Notes: generated from the sequence alone by a model not told the origin. Shown: positions 12,678-26,318, counted from the stretch's first letter. The stretch: 64,000 nt of DNA from Paraspadella gotoi (GCA_051294375.1 CM119271.1:1-64000), one strand, 5' to 3'. Numbers and translations: made by a program.

Positions 12678-13500
12678 CTCTTGTCAAATCATCAACATCT
12701 TGATATGAACAAGCCAGAACAAATAGACTGCTTCTGGACGGAAAAATTTTTCATCTCTGATTTTATATAGAAATGAAAGGGATTTTTTTCCTTGAAAACG
12801 ATATAAATGTGACTGAGGTATGTTCCTGTTCAACAAATGAGGTTCAATTTTGGAATCCTTTGGCAAAGTGTCTGAAGGGCTCTCAAAATTTTTCTTTACA
12901 TTTTATTTGGTTATTTTGATATGATACGATCATGGTAAAGTGAATTAGTCCATTTTGGTGAAATTTTTATTTAAAGTAAAAGTAAAATAGGAGCTAACGA
13001 TCGGAATTCTAAGAGTTTTCAACCGGGAGTCAGATTCGGGAAAAATCTTCTATGGCGAAAATCTTCCAAAGAAGGTTGAATTTTCCAAAGATTTTGGTTA
13101 ATATTTTCTATATTTATAGTCGGATTTTTTTGAAACTTAATATTAACAATATTGCCATCATTCTACTTGGCCGGTATAAGAATATATTNNNNNNNNNNNN
13201 NNNNNNNNNNNNNAATGGAGATTTTCGTTCAAATCTGACTACCAACAATATAAACGCTCCCGGTAAAAATTCTGGTAAAATATCGATGTAAAAACACTTG
13301 ATTCCGATCCTGTTGCATCTGAAGGGCTCGCGATTTTTTTTCTCTTGTCAAATCATCAACACATCTTATATGAAACAAGCCAGAACAAATAGACTGCTTC
13401 TGGACGGAAAAAATTTTTCATCTCTGATTTTATATAGAAATGAAAGGGATTTTTTTCCTTGAAAACGATATAAAATGTGACTGAGTGTATGTTCCTGTTC
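12678..13500 (-). repeat. Interspersed repeat fragment; 160-bp segment duplicated across a 25-N gap
   Basis: 12678-12832 is nearly identical to 13341-13500. The motif tctgaagggctc is the reverse complement of the related gctcttcaga motifs at 39700-39950 and 45150-45400. Confidence 0.55.
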
Positions 13501-13859
13501 AAAAAAAACCTCAGGCTTTGTTCGTCAGAGCTTAGTCCTATCTTAAGGTACCTTTATCCATGAACCAAGCAAATTGGTCTGAACTAATTTTATAAGCGTG
13601 CTTTATTGCCACGTGAGTCAAGCCGGCGTCAAGTCAACGACATCCACAATCCTATGGGCCCAATACTACGTGGGCGCAATCCTGCGACCACTCTTTAGGA
13701 CATTCACTGTATCAAAATTCCGTTTTTTATTATTCCTTATAGTTTTAGGATTTCCTGAAGGCGGCCCTAGCAGTGACTTAGATTTTTCCTGTCTTAACAA
13801 GTGAACAACCAACTATAGGCGAATTATATGTATTTTTAATGTAAATGGCACAGATATAA

Positions 13860-13920
13860 CGACCGACCGTAAAGTGACTTATAGAGTTGCTCCGCGATTA
13901 CTCGCGGCGCAACTAAAAAA
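13860..13920 (-). mobile_element. Terminus of a second HINE/Helentron-type family
   Basis: gaccgaccgtaaagtgacttatagagttgctccgcgattactcgcggcgcaactaaaaaa has the same tatagag + hairpin + A-run layout as family A. Confidence 0.55.
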
Positions 13921-14672
13921 TTATTGGGTGGCTATGATCGTAATTAACAGGTTAAATTATTAAAGGAAAGAAGGTTATTGCGAAGTTGAATCAAGAAACA
14001 AGTTTAAGACTTTATTTTTTAGTCAAGAAAGCAAGGTGGGGAGGGATAGAATATTTATGGCGAAAAAAAAAATATATATCAAAAAATAAGCAATGAAAAA
14101 AATCCAAGATATTTTGGTTGTGCTATGTTGTCTTAAACTTTAAGTTAAAGAGTGAAAACAATCCTTCGTAGCCACTGGGTCATTTTGTTTATCGGTCTCA
14201 AGAGCCCTTTCTCTCTCCCTCTGTCTCTCTCTTTAATGATTAAAAGAAGGCTCATGTGTCATAATTAAAATTAACTAATAAAGATTTTTTTTTTAATTTA
14301 ACCAGATTCTCGTAAATACTTGTTGACCCTTGCTGTGGCAGCTACTGAAATATTCATAGCCTACATTGATAGCGATACTTTGCCCCCAAACCAACGAAAG
14401 CTATCCGCCATTACTTTTGATTAAGAGTTAAAACCCTATTTTCTAACTTTCTAACTTTATTCTATATCATTGGACTCTACATCTCTATGTCCCACAAATA
14501 TAAATTTATTCATAAATTATGTATTCAAATACAATTTCGACCCAAGCAAAAAATCCCCTTTCACATTTCTTTCCGTCCCCATTTAATGTGAAAATCAGGG
14601 AACTAATTTTTCCCTCTTCTTGATTAGTTGATTTTCCCGACGTCTGAAACTCGTGTTAACACCGACTTTAGC

Positions 14673-14787
14673 AGTTCTGACTGCCCAATTACTGAGTGCC
14701 CAAGTTTCGACTGCCCAAGTACTGAGTGCCTAAGTTCCGACTGCCCAAGTACTGAGTGCCTAAGTTCCGGCTGCCCAAGTACTGAGT
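14673..14787 (+). repeat. 30-bp minisatellite (two 15-bp subunits), ~4 copies
   Basis: ctgcccaagtactgagtgcctaagttccga repeated. Confidence 0.85.
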
Positions 14788-14913
14788 AAACAAGAATAAA
14801 TCCCCGGAATGTATAGAGATCGGACTTGAATCTTACCCCCCTAATTGATCCGCCAAAAAAATTTACAAAATTGTGTTTATTGTTTTACAAAATTGTTTTA
14901 TTATTTATAACAG

Positions 14914-15828
14914 AACAAGTTTGAGCAAACAATGCCGGATCTGCCCACGATCATTAGCGGTAAGCAGCTGATCAGATAAATAATTAATTAATTAATTAAT
15001 TAATATTAATTTTTTTTTATTCGTGTCAATATCGTTTTCCACTTTGTCTCACCTCTCAATCACAAAACAACAATCTTGATCACAAAATTAATTAATTTCA
15101 AATAGTTAATAATTCATAAATTACTTATTTATTAATAATTAATTAATGCAGCTAGAATTTATATTTAATATAAAAATATTGTGGTATAATCCTTTCGTTT
15201 TGTTGTGTAATGACAATTAGAAGAGTTTGAAACTAGTTTCAACAACGATTAATGAAATAAATTGTTGTTGAAACTCATTTCAAACTCTTCTTATATAAAA
15301 ATAAAAAAAGCATAATCAAATAGTGAAATAAATTGTTTGTTTTTTTCCATTTTAACTCATTTCTACTTGGACGATTCCATCGAAACTTCATTTCCTGCTC
15401 AGTGCTCAATCACACACTTTCCTACTAACATACAAAATTTGAAGTCAATCGCCCCTTTCATTCATGAGTAATTGGCGTTCAAATAGTGAAATATATCTTT
15501 TTATTTTTTTTCATTTTAACTCATTTCCACTCGGACGATTCCATCGAAACTTGATTTCCAGCTCAATCACACAATTTCTTACCCACACACAAAATTTCAT
15601 TCCAATCCATCCATCAAATCACGAGTAATTGGTGTTTTTGCTAATGTGGGAAGGACGGACAGACAGACAATCAGACAGACAGACGGACGTACGGACATCT
15701 TTTTTTTTTTGCATAATTTAATAATCATCTTCATAAGTCAATGCCCGACAAGATTGGGAGGGCGGATCGACGGACCGACAAAGTGAATAATAGAGCCTGG
15801 ATCTGCTGTAAGCAGATCCGGCTAAAAA
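14914..15828 (-). mobile_element. HINE/DINE-1-like element, family A
   Basis: aacaagtttgagcaaacaatgccggatctgc start, internal ~150-bp repeats, GACA microsatellite, terminal ggatctgc-tgtaa-gcagatcc hairpin. Confidence 0.8.
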
Positions 15829-16129
15829 TCGTTAATGATTTTTCAATCTTTGGAATGTATTTAGTTTTTCTATGTCGACAAATATTAGTATTGGAAGCAA
15901 CCAAAAACCAGGAGTCATGTTTGCTCTGTGCTAGAGATTCCTTAACCGTTAAAAATTAACCGTTAATGACGGTGAAAATTTTTTTTTAACTTAACCGTTA
16001 AAATAAAAATTAAAGGTTAAATTCGGTTAAATTTTATTTTTTCTAATTTTGATATTTTGCTAAAGAATATTTGTTTTCTTTAACTTTTTATGTTTTTAAA
16101 TATTTTTTTCTTAAAACAAAGTGAAGCAC

Positions 16130-17095
16130 TCTCTCTTCCTCTCTCAATGTCTCACCATTTCACTTCTTTTTCTCCTTCAAATCTAAATTATCCTGTCCTC
16201 ACCTTAAATCTGTCCTCACCATTTGACCACTATCTCTGTTAAGGCGTAGTGAAAGTTACATACGAAAATTCTAAATGTCAATTATGAACAAACATACCAT
16301 CAGTGAACATTAATTTGTTAAAAAAAAGATAATTTTATGTTTTTTAATTGATGTGCAGTAGGCTATATTTATATATACGGTCGAGTATCCTCTTATAACG
16401 AAGATTGAAAAATTTCAAAAATAGGCTTTATCCTTATATTTGTGATTAGCAGATTTGAATTCTCTCGTCAAAGTTGTATAAAAGAAAATATAAATGATTT
16501 TTAAAATTCTTTCTTAATGGGTAATGACATTACAAAAACGTATAGTTTAACTATATAAACAAGTTAATTTCAAGCTTAAAATATAGCTTTTTTCTAATTT
16601 TTGACCCACTTAATGAAGGAATTTTTTAAAAAAGAGTTATATTTCTTTTTATCAACTTTTTATGACGAATCCAAATCTGCAAAAAATCTTAGAAAAAACT
16701 GTTTTGAAATTTATAACATTTATTGGATTAGTACTAGTATAAATATGGCCTACTGCGTAAATTGTAAAATTTATTATAAATTTTTTTTATACATAAAATG
16801 TTCATTAGTATAATGTTGTTCGTTCCTCACTTTAGAATTTTAATTAAAGTTAATTTAGAAATTTTACTACGCCTTAATCTCTGTGTTGGAAACTTTGCCC
16901 TCTCTCTCTCTCTCTCTCTCACTCTCTCCACTTCTTCTTTAGCACAAAATTTTCACCATTGAATCAAATTCAATTTGACGCTGATGAAGGCTCGTAATTT
17001 AGAGCGTGTACATTTCTCTAATGAAAATAAATTGTTGTTGTAAGCATTTAAACGTTTTCTCTAAATTACCAAACACAACGAAAGAAACGATTACA
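16130..17095 (+). mobile_element. Penelope-like solo pseudo-LTR inside the hAT element, interrupted by a MITE; degenerate hammerhead at ~16977-17015
   Basis: ctgtcctc..tgaccact..ctctgtgttggaaactttgccctctctc..gacgctgatgaaggctc..gagc..caaacacaacgaaag matches the pLTRs at 44500-44665 and 47900-48200 (reverse). Confidence 0.7.
16243..16873. mobile_element. MITE with GG...CC termini and TTAA flanks (Kolobok-like)
   Basis: ttaa|GGCGTAGTGAAA ... TTTTACTACGCC|ttaa; removing it restores a continuous pLTR sequence. Confidence 0.75.
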
Positions 17096-18210
17096 CAATT
17101 AGATTTTTTTGAAAAGTTTTTCCGGTTGATTTGGAGAAGCTAAGACCTCATGTGAAAAGTAAAAATAACTGAATCTATCTCATGAGAAAAGTTGATGTCT
17201 TCTAGTAAAAAATTTTTTCTGAAAATTTTGGGCTGAAATGAATTTAGCCTTAAACTCTATGAAAGTGTAAAAGAAAATAAATAATTCCAAGAAAAACATA
17301 AAAACGACTCCCCGATTGTAAACTTGCATTCCAGTATCTGTTTAAAGCAGTGACATATATTGTTGAATCTTTAAGCCAAACATCAAAGAAAGAGGACGCG
17401 GTCAATTGGAATCAAGGTATACATTGAAGGATGCCTCTTTAATACGACCAATTTAAAAAAAAAAGAATTAAAAAGTTTTCTTCTTGAGAAAAACAACTTT
17501 AAAACACCTCATGAGTTAAGAAAAATAATATTCTATACTACTTACTTTACCGCCAACCTTAGTCTAAGCTGAGAAATGAATCAGGACTTTATATCTCTTA
17601 ACTCTTTATAGTTATTGAATTTCAAAAATGATACAGGCTCATAATCGCTATCAATGATTTGTTTATTATCATAATTCAATGTATATTCTTTCTTCCTTTA
17701 CTTTATTATTGCATCCTAAGTATTGAAATAAGATTTAAATACAAAGTTTTAATTGTTTTTCTTTCTTTTATGCATTTTATATATAAAATTACATTAGAAT
17801 TTAGATACTAAATTAACCGATTTTAACCGTTAACGGTTAAAAAGTCGATTTTTAACGGTTACCCGACGTTGTAGAAAAATTAACGGTTAAGGAAACTCTA
17901 CTCTGTGCCGAAATAATTAAAAATCAATTATATAAATATTTGCACTCCTGCAAGAGTTACAATGATCAACCTTATGGGTTTCTTTATGGTGGTATTGAGA
18001 GAGTACTGTTTATTGATTTCTCAAATAAAGAATCGGAGACCTAACATTATTCTAAGTACCATAGTATTAATGAAAAAATCTGCAGCATTCACTAACATCT
18101 GTGATAATAAAAAATTATTCTGGATATTAGCGTTATGGCACGTCATCTAAGCATTTGTAAGGGAAAAATATTATATTTATTTTATCTTTTAACGTCATCG
18201 NNNNNNNNNN

Positions 18211-18472
18211 TAAAATCACTAAAAAATACCAATCCGCCATTCTTAATGAAACTCTCCAACAAACTCGAGGCCAATTCCGTTCACTTTCATTAAGAGTTAT
18301 GAATCTTAATGAAATTCTTGAAAGAAAATTTTCTTCCACACATTTTAACCTTGTCTCAAACATCTTATCCAAAACTTATGAAAATATTTTCGAAAAACAC
18401 AAAGTACGATTAAAATTAAAATTTGAAAAATTAAAGACTGAAAACATGAAACCCATTAATGAAAAGAGACCT
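18211..18472 (+). pseudogene. N-terminal region of a Penelope-like element ORF (fragment between gaps)
   Basis: Open frame KITKKYQSAILNETLQQTR...YENIFEKHKVRLKLKFEKLK resembles the helical pre-RT region of Penelope/Poseidon ORFs; lies next to the same flank as the element at 23350. Confidence 0.6.
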
Positions 18473-18497
18473 NNNNNNNNNNNNNNNNNNNNNNNNN

Positions 18498-20976
18498 TTC
18501 TTTTCGCTTGGGTGTTGGTAATTTTTTATTTTATTTTTAAATTTTACAAGATTTTTTTAGAGAAAACGTTTTAATGCTTTGACAAACAAATGCTCTCCTT
18601 CTTCCTTCCTCCAGGTGTTTTTGTTTTGTTCTCTTTGGAGGAGGAGAGGATTTGTTTTTTGTAAGGGGTTCGAGTGTGGGGTAATCGTGGTTGGTTTGTT
18701 AAAAAAGGTTAAATGCTAAAATGGTGTTGGTTTTTTGCTTTGATGTAAGAGTTGCTAAGGGCTAGGTGTGGTGTAGTAAAAGTGTTGTGGATGGGTGTGT
18801 GGGTCTGTGTGTCTTGTTGGGTTGGGTTTGGTTTCGTAGGTGTTGGTAGTCGTTGTTGGTTTGTGGTTGGTGGTGGTTTTTGTGATCGGGTGTGTTTAAA
18901 ATGGTTAAAGTTATATGGGTGGTGTCTTTTTTTGTGCGTGGTATTGGTAAGCATTTTTAATTTATTTTTTTTTTTTTTTTTAAACGTCTTTCTCTAAATT
19001 TACCAAACAACAACGAGAAAGAACAGCAGAAAAGGAGGGATAAAGTATAGAAGCAAAGAAAACGAGAGAAAAAACGGAATATATTAATTTTTTTTTTTTT
19101 GTTTATTATTTTTTATATAGAAACAGAAGAAAGAAGAAAAGGGAAAAGAAAGTAAGAAGGAGACAAGAGAAGGAAGAAACAGAATAAGAAACAGGAGCAG
19201 AGGAGAAAAAGAAAGAAGAGACAGAGACAGCAACGAAGAAAACGATAAAGAAGAGAAAAGAAGAATCAGAAAAGAGAATAAGAAGGGAAAAACAAAGAAG
19301 AAGAAGAGGAGAAACGATTTACACAAATTTTTTTAGATTTTTTCTTTTTTTTTTTTTTTTAAAAGTTTTCCGCGATCTTTTTTTTTTTTTCTTGAAATAT
19401 TGGGGACAGAAGGACAGCAGGAAGCTATAAACTCCTTACATAAAGGGGGAACAATACTATCTAAATACCCCTAACTCTAAGAAAAACTGAGGGCCTAATC
19501 TAAAGCAAGAAAGGCCTACAGAAATAGCTAGAATTCTAAGATAAAAAAAAACCCTTTCCCCTAATCTACCCATAAGCCTTTATAAAAGAAGAGGAAGAGA
19601 AGACATGAGAAGCCCAGAGAAAAACGCAGAAGAGCCAACGAGAAGAGGAAGGAGGAAAAGAGAAAGACAGAGAAAGCCTAAGTCTTTCAAATCTTAGCGG
19701 AAGAGAGAAGCAGAAGCAAGTAAAGACCTCATCTGAAAAAGTTTTATTATAAAAAAATAATGAATCTATCTGCATGAGGAAAGAAAAAAGTTTTTGGATG
19801 TGTTTTCTTAGTTTTTTAAAATTTTTTTTGCTGAGAAATTTTGCGGCGTTACTTGAATGTCCGTGCCCTTGTCTGCGCTTTTGGCTCGGCCTGTCCTTGA
19901 TGAATGTGATTTAGCCTTAAACTCCGCTATTGAAAAGTGATTGGGTTTTTTTGCTGTTTTGTGTTAATATATATGTATAAAAAATTTTAAAAGAACATTA
20001 ATAATAAAAATAATAAAAAAAAAAAATAAAATAAATAAGAAAATATAAAAAATTTGAACGGAAGAAGAAATCTTAAAAAAAAAAAGACAAGAAAAGAGGG
20101 GAGTAGATAAAAGAAAGAAAGAAGGAAAAAAAATCTAAAAAATATTCTGCAAAAAATAGAGATTAATGTGATCCTTTAATATGAAATAGTTTGTATTAAA
20201 CATAAAAATAAAAATATAAAAATGAAGAGAAAATAAAAAAATAATTAAAAAAAAAAAAAAAAAAAAAATTATAAAACTTACGCAAACATTTTTAAAAAAG
20301 AATGAATCAATATAATTTTTATGAATACAAAATCTATAGACACAAAAAATAAAACAATGAAAATAATTTTTAATGTTTATAAAATTAAATTAAGCAGGCG
20401 GAGATAATAGGGGAGGAAAAATGGGGAAAAAAATAAGAAGGAGAAAATAGATAAAGGAAAATAGAAAAAATTAAATACAAAAAGAAAATAAAAATTTAGA
20501 TTTGAATTAATAACAAAGCTAAAAAGGGAAAAGAAGAAATAATAAAAACGAGAGAAAAAGAAAAAATAAAAAAAAAAAAAAAAAAAGATATGAATAAAAG
20601 AAACAAAAGATGTTTTAACAAGGGAAAAACCAGAAAGGGGGAGAAAAGAAAGGGAAGAAAGGAAAAAAAGAAAAGAGCAAGGAAAAATAAAAAGGGAAGA
20701 AAATAAAAAAAAAAAAATAAAAAATAATTTTTAAAACACGGAAAATAAAATTCAAATAAAAATAAATTTTCCCAAACGAGAAAAAGAATGGAAAAAACGA
20801 CGGAAAGGAAAAAATACAAAAAAGACAAAGGAGAAAAAAGAAGAAGGAAAAAAGAAGAGAAACATTTTAATTACTATTATAAAAAAAAAACGAGCCTCCC
20901 CCGGATTTATTGTTTTTTTTGGTTTATTATGTTTTGCTTCAACATTGCATTCCGTAATCTGTTTTTAAAATTCTTT

Positions 20977-21015
<39 letters not shown>

Positions 21016-21615
21016 CAGTGACAACTAATATTGTTGAATCTTTAAGCCCAAACATCAAAGAAATGAGGGACGCGGTTCAAAATTGGGATCAAGGTATACA
21101 TTGAAGGGATGCCTTCTTCTAATACGACCAGATTAAAAAAAAAAAAAAGAATTAATTATTTTAGAACAAATTACTAATTATTTTAAAAAAGTTTTTTTTC
21201 GGAAAAAATAAAAGTTTTTAAGTACAAAATTTTGCAAAACAAAAGAATTTAAAAAAAAGTTGTTCTTTCTTTGAGAAAAAGAAAGTATGAGAAGAAAAAA
21301 AAAAACAAAAAAAAAAAATAAAAGAACTAAAGAAAAAAAAAGAAAAAAAAAAAAAAAAAAAAAAATAAAAAAAAAAAAAGAGAACAAACAGGAGAAAACA
21401 AACTTTTTTTTTTTAAAAATTTATTTTTTATTAAAAAAAATTTTTTTTATTTTTTTTTATAATTTTTTAATTTTTTTTAAAAAAAATTTAATTTTTTTTT
21501 TTATTTTTTTTTAATAACATTTTAATTTTAAATTTAAAAATGTTTAATTAATAAAAAAATTAAATTAGTCTTTATAAATTATTTTTTATTTACAAATTAT
21601 TTTTTTTAAATTTTT

Positions 21616-21649
<34 letters not shown>

Positions 21650-22045
21650 TAATTTATTTTAAAATAATTTTTTTTTTTTTTTTTTATTTTTTTAAAAATT
21701 TTATTAAATACTTAAAATTTTTTTTTAATTTTTTAATAATTAAGCTTGTAATTTTTTTATAATTTTTTCTTTTTTTTTAAAAAAAATTTAAATTTTAATT
21801 TTTTTGAAAAAATTATTAAAAAATTTTAATTTTTTTTTTAAAATTTTTTTTATATTTATTTTTTAAATTTTATTTTTTTTATTAATAAAATTCTTTTTTT
21901 AAAACACTTCGATGGAGTTTTTTTTTAAATTTTAAAAAAAACTAAAAAAATAGTATAAAAAAAAAAAATAAAAAAAAAAAAAAAAAAAAAAATAAAAAAA
22001 GAAAAAAAATTAAAAAAACAAAAATATAAATAAAAAAAAAAAAAG

Positions 22046-22078
<33 letters not shown>

Positions 22079-23340
22079 ATTTAAAAAAAATAAAAAAAAA
22101 AAGATATTTAGGTAGGTATAAAAAAAAAAAAAAAAATTTTAAGTATATTTTATATATTTTATAAAAACCCGTTATGGACACACTACCTTCCTTACTTTTT
22201 TAACCGCGCCAAACCTTAGTTTGGTCTAAGCTGAAAGAAAAAAAAAAATTGAAAGAAACAGAAAAAAGAAAAATAAAGAAATGGAATAGAAAGAGCGAAA
22301 GAAATGAATCGGATAATAAAATATTTAGAATAAAAAAAATAAGAAAAGAAGAGAAAAAAAGAAATGGAGGAAAAAATGAATTCAATAAATAAAAAAAAAT
22401 AAGAATTCATAAAAAAAAAAGAAGAATGAAAAATGAAATGAAATTCAATAATTGAAGAATTCAGGACTTTTATATGCTTCTTAACTTCTTTATTAGTTAT
22501 TGAATTTCAAAATGATTAAGCTTTTATTAAATTTTATTGATGTATAAAAAATGAAAAAACAAAAAATGATAAGGAATTAAATAATTAGTGTCTTTTAGAT
22601 TCACCGGCTCAGTAATCGCTATCTAGCTTAAAAGCATTATCCAATTGTTTGTTGAGCTTTTTTAAAGTTGTTTATTTATCAATTTTTCTTATATTTTTTC
22701 ATTTAAATTGTAAAAAATTATAATATAAAGTTCTTGCATTTGTAATCTCACAATGTATATTAATTCTCTTTTCTTTCCCTTAATTTATATATTTTTATTG
22801 CTTTTCGCCTAAATAATAAAGCAGCGAAGCGTGAGTATTGTGTGAAATAAGATTGTTATGAATACAAGTTATTAAGTGTTTTTTCTTATCTTTTATGTTT
22901 CTATGTATAAAAGTTACGCAGCTACCTTTAGATATTTAGATTACTAGAAATTACCGATGTATTAACTCGTTATAGTCTAACAAAGTCGGATTTTTCAACG
23001 GTTAAGACGTTGTAGAAAGATTGAGACGGTTAAGGTAACTCGTTAACTCTGGCGAATATAAATTAAGAAATCTGCAAGGTTACAGATCAACTTTATGGGT
23101 TTCTTTTGGTTGGTTATGAGAGAGTTACTGTTTATTGATTTCTCTAGAGTAAGAATTCTGGCAGACCTCAGGTTATTCTGAGACGCAGTCCTTAGGTATT
23201 AGATGACGAACTCCTGCAGATTCACTAACACTCTGTGTAAAAAAGAATTTCTGGATATTAGCTCACTATGGCACCGTAATCTAAGGCATATTGTACAGGG
23301 AAAATATCTCGCTTATATTTTTTTTTCCTTTAAGTGCATC
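18498..23340 (+). other. Low-quality, homopolymer-inflated duplicate of ~17040-18200 (assembly artefact)
   Basis: Anchors occur in the same order (taagcattt, aaattaccaaaca, aagacctcat, aaagcagtgaca, ggtatacattgaag, ttcaggactttt, ggatattag), separated by A/T/GA-run noise. Confidence 0.85.
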
Positions 23341-23349
23341 GCAAGCACT

Positions 23350-23630
23350 ATATATTTTTAAATATAAAGATGAATATTTATTCATCATGGAGAGAAGTGC
23401 ATTAACAACGATTTTTTTTTCAAATTTGTCGACTTTGTTGGTAAGTCATGCATCGTGGAAAGAAGTGAAAAAAACGAGAAAAAATGATTTGTTTAAAAGA
23501 GTTATAGAGAGAAAGGAAAGAGAGAGAGATGAGGAGAGAGAAAGATGACCTTGGTGGGATAGGCAGTTATTCATTAAGAACACCATCAGTGATTCTGACC
23601 AGAAGACCCAAAAAAGAAATTGGGTTGCCC
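23350..23630 (-). mobile_element. Inverted 5' pseudo-LTR of Penelope-like element family 1
   Basis: Reverse complement of 25670-25930 and 29550-29830 (cccaatttttttgggtc...tgcacttttctccatgatg). Confidence 0.8.
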
Positions 23631-23659
23631 CAAATCTCTGCGCTTTTCCCTAGAACAAT

Positions 23660-25930
23660 TAGGAAAAAAAAAAGAAGCGGACACTCTCAGACATGAAACG
23701 GCCCATCTTCTTCGTAAAGCAACGGCTCCCAAATCCAACCTAACCGCTGAACAAAAAAAAGGCTTATCTTACCTTAAAAGAAATAAAAACCTTTCAATCA
23801 CCCCCTTTGATAAAGGTCAAGGTTTCGTCGTATTAGAAAAGGACGCTTTAATAGAGAAGGCTGAACGAGAATTTCAAAATGTAACTCTTGACACCCCCGA
23901 TACTACAAATTCTTTAGAAAGAAAAATACAAACAAAATTACGAGATCTTNNNNNNNNNNNNNNNNNNNNNNNNNCGAAATTGAAAAATTTGTGAATTTTA
24001 TATCAAAATTTATCCATCTGGGCTCACTCCCCCCAACCGCTTTCCTTTGTAAGGCCTAACCCGAAAATCATCTGCGTCGCCTTATAATCCTCTTGTATTG
24101 GGTGCACCCAGACTTCTTGTTCCTTTTACTCTAAATCATCTTCTGTTCACCTATCATAGAAATTGTCGTACCCTGCAAAAACTTTTGTGTCTTTGTGTAC
24201 ACTAATAAAAAATATTAAATCGATCCTTTTGAAAAAATGGTTTCTATTTGACGCCTCTGCCCTTTTTCTTCATTGCCCTCTCTCGACTGCCTCATCTTCG
24301 TTAAGAAATTATCTTGACAACGCGGAGGTTTTCCAGTACCAAAACGCCCCAACAGCATGTATTAGTGTTGATCTCTCATCTCTCTGTTCTCTCCACTTTT
24401 GACTTTGTTTACTAATGACCGACTCATACTACAAGAAAGTGGACCTTGCCTGTCTCTCATGGGTGACAGGTTCCCCATTTTGTGATTGCCTCACACACTA
24501 CTGAATGAGGCCTTTGTATTGCCCAAAATAAAACCTTTACCATACTTAAAAATATGAAACGGTATAATAGTGTATTGTTGTGCACAGACGATCCCGCGCC
24601 CCCAGAAGGCCTGGTCTCTCGCTCAGCAATTCAAACCACCAGTCCGAGCATTCTCAATGCTTAAACGATGGTTCATCACGATGTTCGGTATTCACACTGG
24701 GACAAATTGCAATAATTGCATAGACGTTCCTTGATGCTACGCTATACACATTTCGGCATAGAGGAGACTCGGAATTACTCTGCCACCGCATTCACCGCAA
24801 AGAGACAACAATTCTGAGCATTATCACAATCACTGCCAATATCCCAACTCATCACTGCATCTTTCAGGAGACTTTGTCGACGTGCACAACGACTATGCAC
24901 CTCACCCACAACAACAAGAGATTATTTTGCTTACGGACTGATGAAGATTATGGCTATAGACCAGTTAGACACAAATTGCTCATCTTACCATCTCGCCTCT
25001 CAATCACAACGGCAAATTACACAAAAACAAACCGCCGCAGCCAAAAGTAATTTCCCTGTGCTCTGATTCGTATTCCTAAAATATTATTTGATGTTCCTTC
25101 CTTTCGAGATTGAACCTTTATGAGAAGAGCACCAGTTTGCTGCATCTTAATACCCACTTTGCGTTACTCACTCTAAAAGATCTTTATCAGGCCGTATCAC
25201 CAGTTTTACCTCAGGAGCCCAAACTCAAGACATTCTTTGCAGCAAATAAACCATCCAGATCCTGAATTAAAAATTGCGGTAATTATACAATGATCTTGCT
25301 CCTTGCTCCGACAGGCCGTTTACCTAGGGCAGACCAACTCAGAGTTTCACAAAGAAATGAAGGAGAATATTCCGAGAAAATTGAAAAAAGAAAGTGAACA
25401 CCAGATTTCGAGGCAATCATAAGCCAGCAATTAATGAGCACTGAACACACATCACACGAGATTATTACAGAAACGACCACAAGTAAAATAAAGACATGTC
25501 TCCGGAAATACACAAAAAAAACTTTTTCTGATACCAAATTCGTGAGCTCTTGGAAATCAGACGGGCCACGCAGCGGCAGGAGAGGACTCAACGGGATGTG
25601 GCGCTACATAAAACCCGACGCTGGAACCCCGTTCTTCATGAACTGGAATGACAGGAAGCGGGGGGGGCTGACCAATTTTTTTTTTGGGTGCTTTGAGTAG
25701 AATTCACTGATGGCTGTTTTTTATTGAGCTAATGCTATCCTACAAGGTCATATTTCTTTCTCTCTTCTCTCTCTCTCTCGTTTCCCTTTCCTCTATCTCT
25801 TTAAAAATCATTTTTTCGTTTTTCACTTTTTCTGCCATGATGTGACTTTAGCTAACATAAGTAGAAATATTTGGAAAAAAAAAAATTCGCTTTTTAAATG
25901 CACTTTTCTCATGATGAATAATATAGCTTT
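23660..25930 (+). mobile_element. Penelope-like retroelement family 1: RT + GIY-YIG ORF (frameshifted by read errors) and 3' pLTR
   Basis: APKSNLTAEQKKGLSYLK..ITPFDKGQGFVVL (PLE DKG motif), FDASALF (RT motif A), GIY-YIG region ~25270-25600, pLTR 25670-25930. Confidence 0.9.
25834..25874 (+). ncRNA. Minimal type I hammerhead ribozyme in family 1 pLTR (other copies 29720-29764 +, 23420-23459 -)
   Basis: Consensus of three error-containing copies: cca CTGATGA t gactta-gctaaca-taagtc GAA atat t tgg. Confidence 0.65.
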
Positions 25931-26110
25931 TATATTTCTATTTAGCTTTATCTTATATTATATTTATATAAATTTGGCATTATGAACTGTAATACAGCAT
26001 CTAAATTCAATTGGATGGTTGCAGTTTTATATAGGCGAATTAATTATGATGCCTCAACTGTACTTGTAACCAAATTTATATGTCCTGCTCGACCATTATT
26101 ATATACAGTG

Positions 26111-26318
26111 TGAAGTAGACAGTTTATTGTTTATGAGTTAGTACAAACCGTTCATATAAGCAGTCCCTGGCTTCGGCATCAGGCTTAATACCATGTTACA
26201 GGCGGGTTAAGGCCCCCTTCCCTTTAACTGCTAGACCCCGGACATTTGGGTGTGAGGGAATGACTTGCCTCCAGGCACCAATGGCGTCTGTTGAACGTTG
26301 GTGGATTTTTGTCCACCA
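26111..26318 (+). mobile_element. ~220-bp structured element with tRNA-like domain (copy 1)
   Basis: tgaag(t)agacag...aaccgttca...tgaacg(g)ttggtggattttt/agtccacca, matching the copies listed below. Confidence 0.75.

Larger units (their letters stand above)
15932..17900. mobile_element. Non-autonomous hAT DNA transposon
   Basis: TIRs TAGAGATTCCTTAACCGTTAA / TTAACGGTTAAGGAAACTCTA; perfect 8-bp TSD ctctgtgc (15924-15931, 17901-17908); subterminal TTAACCGTT repeats; no transposase ORF. Confidence 0.9.

Noticed and set aside
18709-22410. Lys/Phe-rich ORFs and extreme poly-A/T tracts
   Set aside because: The region is a noise-inflated duplicate of 17040-18200.
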